64,000 bases of DNA from Euprymna scolopes (Eukaryota). A program made the position numbers and the translations under genes. Where the stretch lies: NCBI GenBank assembly GCA_053919585.1, contig CM132801.1. One strand, given 5' to 3'. The notes below the pieces were generated by a model. The model did not search any database and was not told where the DNA came from. It saw nothing but the letters and a program-made list of their open reading frames with translations. Below are positions 28,504 through 41,443 of the stretch, in pieces (positions within the stretch are counted from its first letter, which is position 1; each line of letters opens with the position of its first letter).

Positions 28504-30688
28504 TATATATATTATCATACCATTTTTATACCATAATAATATAACGCTTTAATAGTAATAATAATTCATTTTTAATAATATTGGAAAAAAATAGCTGGCA
28601 GGCCAGCGTTGCCTGGTTGAAGAATACACTTAAACATGATATTTTCATTCATGGGGATTATGTATGTGTTAATAAAATATAAATCCTCGATTGATTATTA
28701 TATATCACTAGGAATAATTCGCCGGGTTAACTAGTTAGCAAAATAAAAAAAATAAAAAAATAAAACATATTAATGATAATTCCGCTCATCAAATAGCATC
28801 TCTTTTAGTTTACAATATCACGCCAAATGATATTGTACTTGATGATCAATGAACCGGAAAAGTCACTTCAGATTAAAGGTTAGTTTAAAAATATGCAAAC
28901 GAAGAAATGGTTTGCGATGATTTTAAATGGCACCTCTTTTATCGTAAATTAAACGCATTAATGGTAAAATATTTAAATAAAATTGTGAGGTTCACCCGGG
29001 GTTAAAAAGGGAGCATTCGATGTGTAGTCGAATGTTCTAACACTAAGCTATATTTCCAGATCATAAGAAATCTGGGTTTTTTTAAGAAATGGTTTGCTAA
29101 GATGTTATTATCTCCCTTGGACAGTGTAATGTAAAATATTCCCATCTAAACATTATTCTTTTTCATCTATAAAAGAAAAATACTATTTTTCATATCGGAT
29201 TTTTTTCGATTTTCAATATTACAGACGAATTTCTGTACAACACATCTACCAGATATATAAATGACCTTTGTGTGAATATTTCAAAGGACAGGCTCAGTTT
29301 CTTCGCAACATATGACAAACAATGCGAATTTTACATTAGCCATTGTAATGGTTTACTACATTTATGGGGGAACATATCTTTCTATGGCAGTCATACATTA
29401 TACATAAATTTAGTAAAGTAAAGCTGTTTTAGAGGTTGTTAACAATATATAATGTTCTTCAATTCTAAATTATGTTGTTTGTGACTACTGTCTCATATTT
29501 CACGAACTCAATAAAAATGTGACATACCAGAAGACAAATGGCAACAGAAAAGCTAAAGCCGGGTTAATTTTGGATACTCGTTTGAGCTGCGATTCCAAAT
29601 CGCATCAAACAAGAAAGTTCAAATACTTGGTCAAATAAAGTAAAAAAAAAAATACCAACACCAAACGTTGCTTTTCTGAGATAAATGAGAAATTCCGATA
29701 TTTATATAGTGTTTACCCTCCCACATAGTATGAACGTTCTAAGAATTACATTTTGCATCAGACAAATAATGTAAAAGGGGTATAGTATTATCTCTTCGAT
29801 TTGAAATTGGATACTTCATTTATAAAGACAATGGTCAATTTGCATTTAAACAAAATTACATTATCTATAAATTACTTGAATCTTGGTTTCTTTTCAGTCT
29901 GAAAAATATATTAATTAAAAATAAAGTGAAAACTCTTGCTTTGTTTTTGAAATGGGACCTTAATTATTTCAATATAAATATGGTATATACTATATCAATA
30001 TTACACATCCGCCTACTAAGGTTACAATAATAAACTCTAAGTGTTTCAAGAAAAATGGTGTTAGTGGTAACAGATATCGACTTAGACGATGCCGTTCAGT
30101 AAGCTCGCAAGTAAATACTGAAAATATCCGGTGTAGCATTTTGCACGAACCAAGAACATCCACTTGAAGACGTTGTAAAAATTTGAGATCTAGTGTACAC
30201 CGCATATAAAATGAATCAGACATGTATTCTTACAAAGCTCAATTAGACCAATTTCTATGAACATCATAGTTGAAACAGCGTTTAACATACACTGCCAGAT
30301 TAAAAGAAATCGGATCAAATTTATGCACAGTCCGACAATGAGAGATGAAATTGCTTGTCAATTTAATGGACATGCGAATAAAAGTAATATAATGTATTAT
30401 GGAAGTAAACCATTATATTGTGGGGTGGGTTAACATTAGAAAAACATATTTGGCTTAAACTATTTTAGCATTATGTTAAATATGCAGTTACTCTAACATG
30501 GGTACGCCACAGACAAAAATTAGACAATTGTATACAATTGAAAATGTACCATAGTATCCACGGCAGCAAAATAGTTCAACTGAACACACAGCAAGCGTCA
30601 ATGTGGAGCAGACGACTGTCATGCCAACAGATCAACTACCTTCTCGAAATTCCGATTTTCCTGGTCTCAATAATCATGTGACACCAGC

Positions 30689-30815
30689 AGACTGAATGAA
30701 TTTCAACCAATTTTTTTATACCAGATTTGAAACAATGACAAGAATGGTGAGACTGAATGAATTTCAACCAACTTTTTATACCAGATTTGAAACAATGACA
30801 AGAATGGTGAGACTG
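30689..30815 (+). repeat. ~60-bp direct tandem duplication
   Basis: agactgaatgaatttcaaccaa..ccagatttgaaacaatgacaagaatggtg occurs twice. Confidence 0.9.
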
Positions 30816-31544
30816 GCTCACAAAAATACAAAAGTATTTCACTATCGTTTATCCTTTCATTTTCAAACAACAAGTGACATGCCATGTGGGTCAAAATACA
30901 ATCTGACCGAAAAGTTGATATAATAACACTCAAGATGAAAACAATAATCCGATCAATACAAGTAATATAATGAAGGGGGCTTCGTATCAAAAATCCAATT
31001 TTAAATTAAAATACATTAAGGTAAAACTAACTTCGAATAATTCAACACCTCAAAGCAAACATATAAGAGTGAATGTATTCCATAAAGTTTCCAATGCAAT
31101 GAACTGTCATGGAAAATTCCTTAGAACAAAAATTGTTAGCGAAGTTGATTATGGGTCATTTATGTGACATTATTTCTCATGTATGAATCAAATAAGTTTC
31201 TATTTGTGAATTATAAAATAAAACACTATTAACCTTAATTATTAATATATGGAGAATTGGGAAAAATAAAGAATGCAAACTAATAGCACTTTTTTAAATA
31301 CTTTTGGCTCTGATTAAATCTCGTACAATATTTTTCTACGTAAATGATATTACGAATCTATTAGAAATTCCGCGAAACATATATGAATGAACGGAAAAGG
31401 ACGCGAAACTACATTGAATGAAGAACCTCTTATAAAGCATCTTCACATAAAGTTGTAATTTTCTTAAATTTTATTGTGTACTCGGACCATTTGAAAATAT
31501 GCACTAACATTCCTTTATGTCTCTTCACACACACACACACACAC

Positions 31545-31605
<61 letters not shown>

Positions 31606-32094
31606 AGTGAAAGTGTCAGCCTGCATGTCCGTCTGTTTGTGTGTCTTTCTCTTTGTCTGTTTACATTTCCCTACACAATAATTCTGTCAGTTTTCAGTCT
31701 ACGGACTAAAAATTTTAGATATAGGGTAGTGAGATTCGAGAAAATATTTGTAATCCGTTTTCGGTCTAAAATTTGCTTGTTAAGAGGTCAAAGGTTAGCG
31801 ATATGACCTTTGAGAACTCTACCAAACTCCTCCGCCAATTTTTCGTGTAAACAATTGGAATTTTATGTATAGGTTCCTCGGAAATGGATCTAACCTAATA
31901 ACTTTATTTGAGCCCGAACCAATAAATTGTAAGGGGTCATAATAGGGGTCGAATTAAAAAAAATAATCTCTGCGGTCTCTACCAAATTACTCAGACAATT
32001 TCTGGTCTAAACATTTAAAATTTTACATAAAGAGCATTCAGATATAGGGCAAGCTATTTAATCGGTTTGAGTCGAAAACTTGAGCTAACAATAT

Positions 32095-32465
32095 ATGAAT
32101 GTATGTATGTATGTTTGCATGTCTGCCTAAAACTTTCAACACCGGCGACGAATTTTCATAGGATTAGTATCGTTTTGAAGCCCGACCTTTTATACAACAA
32201 ATACCTAAAATTTAGCTAAAAACATTAATTTCCTCATCCTGAAGTGGACACATGTCTACAGGGAAAGGTAGCTTTTTTCGCGGATATTTTCGAAAGTCAT
32301 CCTCTCTTTGTGATTATCTAACCTTAAATAAAACCTACCTGACTTCCAGTTTGCCAGTGGTCGTTCTTTTCCTCCGTCCTGGTACGGGTTCGAGCCTGCC
32401 TTCTTACTACCACGTTTTTTTTTTTTTACTTAACACACCGGCAACTCCGGGCACCCATTCTATTT
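32095..32465 (+). mobile_element. Non-autonomous Helitron-like element
   Basis: Homologous to 47625-48046 (gctaaaaacattaattt, ctacaggga, gatattttcgaaag). Ends in a ccggcaactccggg hairpin followed by a CTAG-like ctatt. Confidence 0.55.
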
Positions 32466-32558
32466 TGTGCATATATATATACATATACAAGTATACATAC
32501 ACACATGATGCTAGTTGGCCGTTGACCCCGAAAAGGGGTTCATTCGCCCTTTGTATAT

Positions 32559-33961
32559 TTGTATATGGTGTTTGTTGACCTGACGAAGGCCTTCGACACT
32601 GTGAATCGCGATGCACTTTGGCAAGTTTTAAGAAGGCTTGGTATTCCAGAAAACATGCTGAACGTGATTATTTACTTTCACGAGGGGATGAAGGCCAGTG
32701 TTGTCTAAGATGGTATGATGACTGATCTATTTGACGTTACGAATGGGACCAAACAGGGATGTGTAATGGCGCCAGTCCTTTTTGCGCTCTTCTTTTCACT
32801 AATGCTGAAACATGCATTTGATGATTTGGACACTGGTGTCAAGTTTCAATTTCGGTCATCCGATGGCTTATTTAACCAGCAACGGTTTAAGGCCAAGACT
32901 CTTCTTCGCACCGAAATTATTCGCGACTTGCTCTTCGCTGACGATGCCGCACTGGTAGCCACGTCCTTTGATGAAGTCCAGGTTCTTCTTGATCGATTTT
33001 CAGCCGCGTGCAAGGCCTTTGGCCTGACAATTAGCATAAGGAAGACTGAGGTAGTGCATCAGCCACAGCCTACCCCAAAACAAGTCGAAGGCGTAAAGAA
33101 AAATCCACCAGAGTATAGATTTCCTGCGCGCAAGCATGATATCAATTATGTCAAGTCCTTTCCTTACCTTGGTAGCAAGGTGAACCAGGGCGGTTCTCTT
33201 GATGATGAAATTGTCAACAGGATTGCTAAGGCCACTTTTGCCTTTGGAAATATCCGCCATCGCTTGTGGAACGAAAGGGGTATTCGACTAGACACAAAAA
33301 TCCTTGTCTACCGTGCTGTTGTTCTTTCCATTCTTCTTTATGGATCTGAGTCATGGACTCCATACAGACATCACATTAATCAGCTGGACGTTTTCCACAA
33401 AAGCTGTCTACGCTCCATATGTAGTCTTAGCCTCCGCGACAAGGTATCAAATACCGAATTATTCACAAAATGCAAAATATCTGGCATTGAATTATTCCTT
33501 ATTCAATCGCAATTGCGGTGGGCTGGTCATTTATTGAGGATGGCTGATGACAGAATTCCAAAAATTGCGATGTACAGTCAATTTGAGGGTGGTAAAAGAA
33601 TTGTCGGACATCCTTGGCTTAGGTACACAGGCAAGTTGAAGAGTAACTTGTCTGCAGTGAACATACCATTCAGGAGTCTTGAAGATGAGGTGAATGACCG
33701 AAAAGGATGGAGATCAAGGTGTTTTGAAGGTCTCCAGAGGTTTCAATCTGAAAGCTTAAGGCAACTGAAAGAAAACAGAGTAAGAGCAAAACGACTAGCA
33801 GCCGAACCAATATCTGCAGCATTAAATCCACATTCATGTTCTATTTGTGGACTTGTCTGAAAGTCCCTTGATGGACTAAAAAGTCATCAGAGGCAAAAGC
33901 ATAAATGAGTTTTGGAAATACGGGTTGGCTGAACCTCATGCGTCGAAATCGACCGGAGAGT

Positions 33962-33967
<6 letters not shown>
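32559..33967 (+). mobile_element. 5'-truncated RTE-clade LINE
   Basis: LYMVFVDLTKAFDTVNR, GTKQGCVMAP, LLFADD, FPYLGS, LLYGSESW, QLRWAGH and a C-terminal CSICG. Ends at a (TA)n tract. Confidence 0.93.
32715..33860 (+). CDS. RTE-type reverse transcriptase fragment (381 aa)
   Basis: Uninterrupted ORF with QG and FADD motifs; preceded by an in-frame stop, so probably not functional. Confidence 0.75.
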   Translation: MMTDLFDVTNGTKQGCVMAPVLFALFFSLMLKHAFDDLDTGVKFQFRSSDGLFNQQRFKAKTLLRTEIIRDLLFADDAALVATSFDEVQVLLDRFSAACKAFGLTISIRKTEVVHQPQPTPKQVEGVKKNPPEYRFPARKHDINYVKSFPYLGSKVNQGGSLDDEIVNRIAKATFAFGNIRHRLWNERGIRLDTKILVYRAVVLSILLYGSESWTPYRHHINQLDVFHKSCLRSICSLSLRDKVSNTELFTKCKISGIELFLIQSQLRWAGHLLRMADDRIPKIAMYSQFEGGKRIVGHPWLRYTGKLKSNLSAVNIPFRSLEDEVNDRKGWRSRCFEGLQRFQSESLRQLKENRVRAKRLAAEPISAALNPHSCSICGLV

Positions 33968-34037
<70 letters not shown>

Positions 34038-34672
34038 GTAATGTGATTGATAATTTAAAATTCAAATTAGAATTAAATTAAAAATCCGTTTCACAAGAAG
34101 GAACAACCACAAAATCAATAATTTGTACGATCGTTTCGGAAAACAATGTTGTTATTCTGGTAGACATTTAGCCACGGACAATAATTTTTACATATAGTAT
34201 TTTTAACAAACAAAGTTTCCTCATCAGCAAAAGTATTGGCTAGGGTTTTTAATATATGTAAAATACACCATAAATACACCTAGCATTAAAAGTAAGGCAG
34301 ATGTATCTGGAAAAAATTCAAATAAAATGGATGTATTTACTCGATAAGCAAATTAATATGGGTTGAAGATAGAAATAAAATAGAATAAAATTATAAATCT
34401 GAATTTGGTTTAAATATAATTTTATAATAATATATTCCTAATAAAATCCATAGACACACACACACATACACACACACACACATATATATATATATGTATA
34501 TAATATTATATTATTATTAAAATATAAAATTAGCTCTAGGATATTTACCTATCGAGCTTATTATGTATCTAAATTACAACGAGCCCTTTTTCTTTTCCTG
34601 TATTTTAATTAAATTAGAATTTTACTATTATATTAAAATACACACTGCTCTTTAGATTATTGTTCTAATCTC

Positions 34673-34716
<44 letters not shown>

Positions 34717-37493
34717 AAATATTTGAATAATATATATATATATATATATAATACTTAAAAGTGTTTTGTCGAATATTAATGCAGCGCCCGTATTCCCCCA
34801 GTCAGAAAATACGCTTAAATGTAATATTAATATAACATTTCCTATTTGTGTAAAACATATTCTCTATGAATTATTTTATTGCAACCGACATGATGTCAAA
34901 ATTTATAAAATAACGGCAGTGCTACTTACTGGAATCAAACCCCTAACACTTAACCCTGTAGCCGTTATTTAACAATTGAGCATTTGTCGGTAGTGTCTGA
35001 GCTATAGTCAGAAAGATGACTAATAATTTAAATTACACGACTTTCACCTAAAATGTATAATAAGGTCTACGAGGAAGTGTTTCTACTTTCGCTAAAGGCA
35101 ATTTTATTGTTTTCAATTTTCACCCTTTAGCAGAGGTAAGGATCTTGAGGTCCAAATACGTCGTATATCAAGTTTTATGTCTACGGACCAATTATTTAAA
35201 GTGGAATTTTATATACAATTTTCGCACACAGAGACAAGGTTAATTTTGTTTTTCCTTCTCTCTCTGCATCTTCTTTTTTATGCATAATAATTTATCTTTG
35301 TGATAGAACGTTTTCATCTTTCATCTTCGATATTATGCAGAACGTTGACAATGTGCATAAAATAGTTAAATGAATGAACGTTCGCAATGCGCAATAATTA
35401 GTTAAATGAAACGAATCACTTAATCAAAGACAATACAAATGAATAATAAATTAATGAACATTCTTTAATCAAAGGAATATTAAAATTAGTAAACATTCGT
35501 GATCTCGCTTTAATATCTAGTTCTGAGTGTATCAGGAGGTGCGTTTTAATAATTTTAAATAGAAAAATATATTTTTACTATCAATTTCAGGGTGAGAAAC
35601 ATGCAGTCAATAGAGGTTCTATATGATGAATAATACTTTCTTTAAAAAAATGAAAGGGATGTGTAGAATCACTTTGATTCGACAGCCGTAAAAAATGTCC
35701 AGATTCTTAGAAAACTGATCACGGCCAACTTTGCTATAAATTATAGTTTTAAATTGCAGAAACTAAAAATCACATCTTAAACAAAAGCGTGAGTTGTTTT
35801 AAGAATGTATGGCAATAGAAAAATAAAACAAAAGCGATCACATTAAATTAAAAAGGTAGAACTCTATAAGATAAGTTCGCGAAAAGAAGAAAAATCGAGT
35901 CGAACAAATTTATGAAACGGAAACGTACTCTGGAAAGATAAGACATTAAAGAGAGGATATTAAGAGAGAACGGTTGAATTTAAAATGATGAATAGGAAAA
36001 CGGAAAGACGAGAGACAGAAAAAGGAAGGCCATTAGATATGATACAAAAATACACTGAAACGAAACGAACCAGCAGATAAAATAAAACGAACATGACGTC
36101 TTCTCAAGAAAAACATGAGATTATAAAAAAAGAACAAATAACAATAAAATTATAGAATAGACATTAAAAGCGGAAAGCAATCATAAAATTTTTTAAAAAA
36201 TCGCATGTAAACGAGTTAAAATTAAGAGTAAAATTGAAAACCGATATTTTCGTAATGTTACAGTGTGTTATTAGAGAAAAATATCTGATTTGACAATGAA
36301 AGCTGATAATATTCTGAAACTAGATATGCTAGATTGGCAGCCTTAGGTTTGGCGAAAGATGAGGAGATTTCTTAAGAATGACGTCATTGGAATTTAGTGC
36401 CGTAAATGCCAGTTGTGTACTCGATCATATTTACTCGTACAATTGTTAAGTATAACATTATGCTCATGTTTTATGATCTTTAGACGAGAAAGAGAATAAA
36501 AACGAAAGAAGGAAGTAAAAGCTGCGAAAATTTCAAATGGATTAATTGATTAGCGTGTAAGGAATGATTGAAGATACCACAACAAAAAAGAGAATAAAAA
36601 CAGACGAAGGAAAGGATGCAGAATATATAAGAAAATCAAAGAGTGAACACCAGCCGGAAAACATGAATAAAGACACAAGAAGACAAAGAAAACAAAAAAA
36701 AAGAATGAACTTTAAAGAAGAGAAGGCAGATACAACCGTTAATTATCAATAAGAAACAAACTAATACGAAAATAAGATACTAGATGAAAGCTGATACAGG
36801 AAAACCCCACACTAAAAAATAACCTAGTGAGTAGGAAACAACCGGAAAACAAGGGCAACAGAAAATATGTAAGGAAAAATCGAATAATTTTGTACACAAA
36901 CTCAGTAGTGAGAAAAAAGAAAACAACGAGAGAAAAGTAATCAGTACACGGATTGAATTTTTTAAAAATATATCTAAAAGATAAATAAATTAACATAAAA
37001 AAACTTTTTTTTTAAAGTATGAAATACCAAATAAATAAATTATATTAAAATCGATTAATGCGAACGTAGCTAAAGACAGAGTAAATTACATAAATCGGGA
37101 TATATATATGTATATATATGTATATATATATACATATGTATACATATATCTGTGTGTGTTTGTGTTTGCGTGTGTATGTTAGCAATGTTTATATGAATTT
37201 AAATATTCTGTATGGGTACCCTTTATGNNNNNNNNNNNNNNNNNNNNNNNNNNNNNNNNNNNNNNNNNNNNNNNNNNNNNNNNNNNNNNNNNNNNNNNNN
37301 NNNNNNNNNNNNNNNNNNNNNNNNNNNNNNNNNNNNNNNNNNNNNNNNNNNNNNNNNNNNNNNNNNNNNNNNNNNNNNNNNNNNNNNNNNNNNNNNNNNN
37401 NNNNNNNNGGAAATTAAAAAAAGACTATGCAAAATGCAAAACCATTTTATTTATGTAAAATAATGTCTTTTGAATCTTTTACATTTTCACCGT

Positions 37494-37558
<65 letters not shown>

Positions 37559-37827
37559 TTATTAAAATACATAAAATGCAACGACAGAAAATTAAAAATT
37601 GAGGCTCCATGTTTCGCCCGTCTTTCTCAAGCCCACATAAAACGGACGAAACGCCGAAACTCTAGGTCTCCTCTCCTCATGAATTTGATAGATATAATGG
37701 TATTCATATATAACTAACGGGGCTACCAGGTGTTGCTCGAGACTGTATAAATAATGAGAAAATTGAAGTAGATTTTGGAGATAATTGGTATCCTTCGGAT
37801 AGAGGACTTTTTAATGTCTTTGTATCA

Positions 37828-38830
37828 TTAGGTGTATCAGAATTTTTGACACCCCAACACGAAACTGCGAAGAAACTATAAAATAAAACTAGTAATTTTG
37901 GTTTTAAAAGTGGGTTGTTTATTTTCTTTATGGAGTACACTTCCAAAATAAACTATCAAAGTTTTATAAAAAGTAAGAGAAATAGTAATCTTTTATTTTT
38001 TAAAAAACAGTAATGAAATTAATTGAATTTTGCGAGTTCCGTATTTTTCAATTTTAAAATTTTTTAAATCTATCAAAATTTTTTTATTGATTCTATTTTT
38101 ACGATATTTTCAGGTTCAATGGAAAATTATATGCTCTTTCTAATATACGGTATATAATATTTTAGGCAAACGTTTTTTTTTTTAATTCACGCCCTCTATT
38201 TTTGCTTGTCTATTAAAAAGTAAATAATTAATTTATGTGCCAAACTTTTATATATCACAAATTCAAGATAAAAGATGCATAAATAATATATACAAATTAA
38301 AAACAATAACGAACAGTTTTAGGGAATTTACCGAAAAATCCGAAGTTTAAAACATTTTAAAAAACACGTTGTTTGTATTTTTTAATGACACCTTGAGTTT
38401 TGCCCCTTTAATTGAAAAAAATAGGTTTTGAATTACATTTTTCGAGTATTGATTAGCTTGGAAAGACAGGGGGTTTACTTAATTCTTTTTAATGTATATT
38501 AATTTATCTTTGTGATAGAACGTTTTAAATGTCTATTAAAACGTAAATAATTAATGTATGTGTTATATCACAATCTAAGGAGAAAAGCTCACTAAATAAT
38601 ATATTCTAATTTAAAACAAAAAAAAAATTAAATTTACCTGTAAAGTTGTAAGTACAAAACATTTTCTTTTTAAACCAACGTTGTTTGTATTTTTTTATAT
38701 GAAACTTTGATTCTTGCTCCTTTAATTGAAATAAAAATTAGGGGGTGAATTACATTTTTCGAGTAGTTATAAGCTTGGAAACAGGGGGATGAATTATTCA
38801 ATATTTTCACGAAGATTCTGACACACCTAA
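37828..38830. mobile_element. MITE / non-autonomous DNA transposon with ~16-bp TIRs and an internal ~320-bp duplication
   Basis: ttaggtgtatcagaat ... attctgacacacctaa, with tgtatca directly repeated on both flanks. 38208-38475 is repeated at 38531-38790. Confidence 0.7.
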
Positions 38831-40139
38831 TGTATCATTAGCTTTTTTGAGGGAAAAATATTTTATCTCACATAGGACGGGTATTACACTTACCAAATAA
38901 ATATATAAGATAAGTAATTTATTGCATGTATATGAAATAGTGTTAGCTTTGCGGGGATAGGTTATATAAAACACATATTTAATGTATTTACCTACACTCG
39001 GACGGGTAATTTAAATACATATATGAAACTATTTCACATATTATGGACAGGTATTGTGCAACATGTTATATCATTTCTCTTATCACCAAGGCTACAATAA
39101 TTTTAACGAAATCAAAACAATTTTTAGAAAGTGGCTCATTAGGATTGCACAAATTAGTACATCAATACATTATTTTGGTTAAGGGATAGCCAACCATTGC
39201 TTCATCATAAAGGTCAATATTACTGTGTTTTTTCCTTCGTCACTATCGGCACTAAAATAGTAAGAGAAAGTATGCCATTATTTAACGATGTCTCAGCATG
39301 ATTTTGAAATTAATGCATAAACACATTGATACAGTTATTGTTTCGACAACCCTTACTTCATTATCAAATTCCACATTACTATGTTTCATTTTCATTTCCC
39401 ACTACCGACACCAATTCTTTTTTAAGGGCTTCATTTCCTGAAAATTACGCAGTAGGTTTTACTAACAAATGCACAAATGTGTTAAGTTTAGGGATTAGTC
39501 TATCCTTACTTCACTACAAAATCACTGCGTTCATTTCATCCCGACTACCGATGCCATATTTTTAAGTGACAGTATATCATTTCTTGAACATAACTTAGCA
39601 GGTTTTCAAAATAAGAATAGAAATGTGTTGACATGGATGGTGATTAGGAAACTTTTACTTTATCACGAATTTCAATATAATTGTAGTTCTTCCCTCCCAC
39701 ATACCAACAACATAATAGTAAGAGAAAGTATGTCCTTTCCGGAATATGATCCTACAGGTATTCTATAGTTTTGGAATATGACATTGTGGGACATTGCTTT
39801 GTGACCCCAAAATGGACATTACTCTCTCGAACTCAACCCCAAAAGAGAACTCAAGAGCTCGTATAAAATTAACATACTCATGCTTGTTTCAACCCACCCC
39901 ATTACAACATACACATAATTCCCGCATGATAACACTAAGAATTAAAAAATATATTAATAACCCCCTACAGAAACTGGCCTAGTTCACTTTCATAGAAAAC
40001 CAACAATATATATGAATTAATCTAATTTTCAGATCGTAAACTGTTTCAAACATATACGGAATCGACTTCACAAATAAAGTAATTTTGAGATTAAAAATTG
40101 TTTATGCAATTTCCAGGACAAGATTTACATTCTATCGCC

Positions 40140-41443
40140 CTCATTTAATGCAAGCGACACTGGGTATTCCGCTAGTATATATTTGCTCCTATCTCATTCA
40201 ACCCAAAGCGATGCCAGGAACTTTGCTAATATATATTTCCATCAATCTCCTTCAATCTCGGGCAACACTAGCGATATTGCTAGTATATTTTCTCACCTAT
40301 CTGATTCAATCTTGAGCAACTCCGGATATTTTGCTAGTATGTGCAGCTATCTAATACAACCGAGGACGGCACCAATATTCGTCAATTAAAGATTCGTACC
40401 TATCTCATTCTATCACAGGCGATGGTAAGCATTCTGTTAGTATTTATATGCACCTGCCAGGTATTCTGATTGTATATATTGCCACCTCTAACATTGAATC
40501 CTGGGCGACGCTGGGTATTTTGCTAGTATATATTTCCATATATCTAATTCAATCCAGAGCGACGCCGTGTATTTATCTATTATATATTTCCATCTATCTA
40601 ATTCAATTCCTAGCGACGCCGGGTATTTTTCTAGTATACATTCTCACCTACTTAATTCCATCCCGGACAACACCGAGTATTCTTCTAGTATATATCTCCA
40701 TTAATCTAATAAAATCCCGAGCAACACAAACTATTGTGTTAGTATATATTTCAATCAATCTCATTACATACTGGGCAACGGCAGGCATTCTGTTAGTATA
40801 TATTTGCACCTATCTCATTCAATCACAGGCGACGTCGTGTATTCTGCTACTATACATTTGCATATCTCACATTTAATCCCGGGTTACTCTGGGTATTCTG
40901 CTAGTATATATTTGAAGGTATCTCTTTCAACCCCGGGGTGACACGGGGTATCCTACTAGTATATACTTGCACCTATCTCATTCAATATTAGCTGATGCCG
41001 CGTATTCTGCTAGTATATATTTCCACCCATACCATTATATCCCAGGCGATGCCGGGTATTCTGGTATTATAGATGTCAACCTATATTATTAAATCCCAGA
41101 TGATGCATGGTACTCTGCTAGTATATATTTCCATCCATCTCATTACATTCCAGGTGACGACGGGTATTCTGCTAGTATATATTTGAAATTTCCTCATTCA
41201 ATCCCGAATGATTCAGCGCATCCTTCATGTATATATTTCCATAAATCACATTCAATTCAAGGCAACGCTGGGTATCGTGCTAATATATATATATCCACCT
41301 ATTTTATTTAATCCCGAGCGATGCAAGGTATTCTGCTAGTATATCATATCACCTATTTCATTCGATCCCAGCTGACATCATGCATTCTGCTAGTAAACAT
41401 TTGATTCAATTTAAAGTGACTCTGGGTATTCTGTTATTATATA
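40140..41443 (+). repeat. 54-bp satellite (cccgggcgacgccgggtattctgctagtatatatttccacctatctcattcaat), left block
   Basis: gcgacg recurs at 40505, 40559 and 40613, giving a 54-bp period. Confidence 0.9.

Noticed and set aside
29000-31200. Possible THAP-domain transposase relic (RCVVECSN..F..KW near 29019)
   Set aside because: Only a few residues match and there is no continuous frame or catalytic motif; a translated HMM search is needed.
37600-37670. gtttcgcccgt/acggacgaaac inverted motif resembling Penelope pLTR ribozyme remnants
   Set aside because: The core is incomplete and I cannot build three stems.
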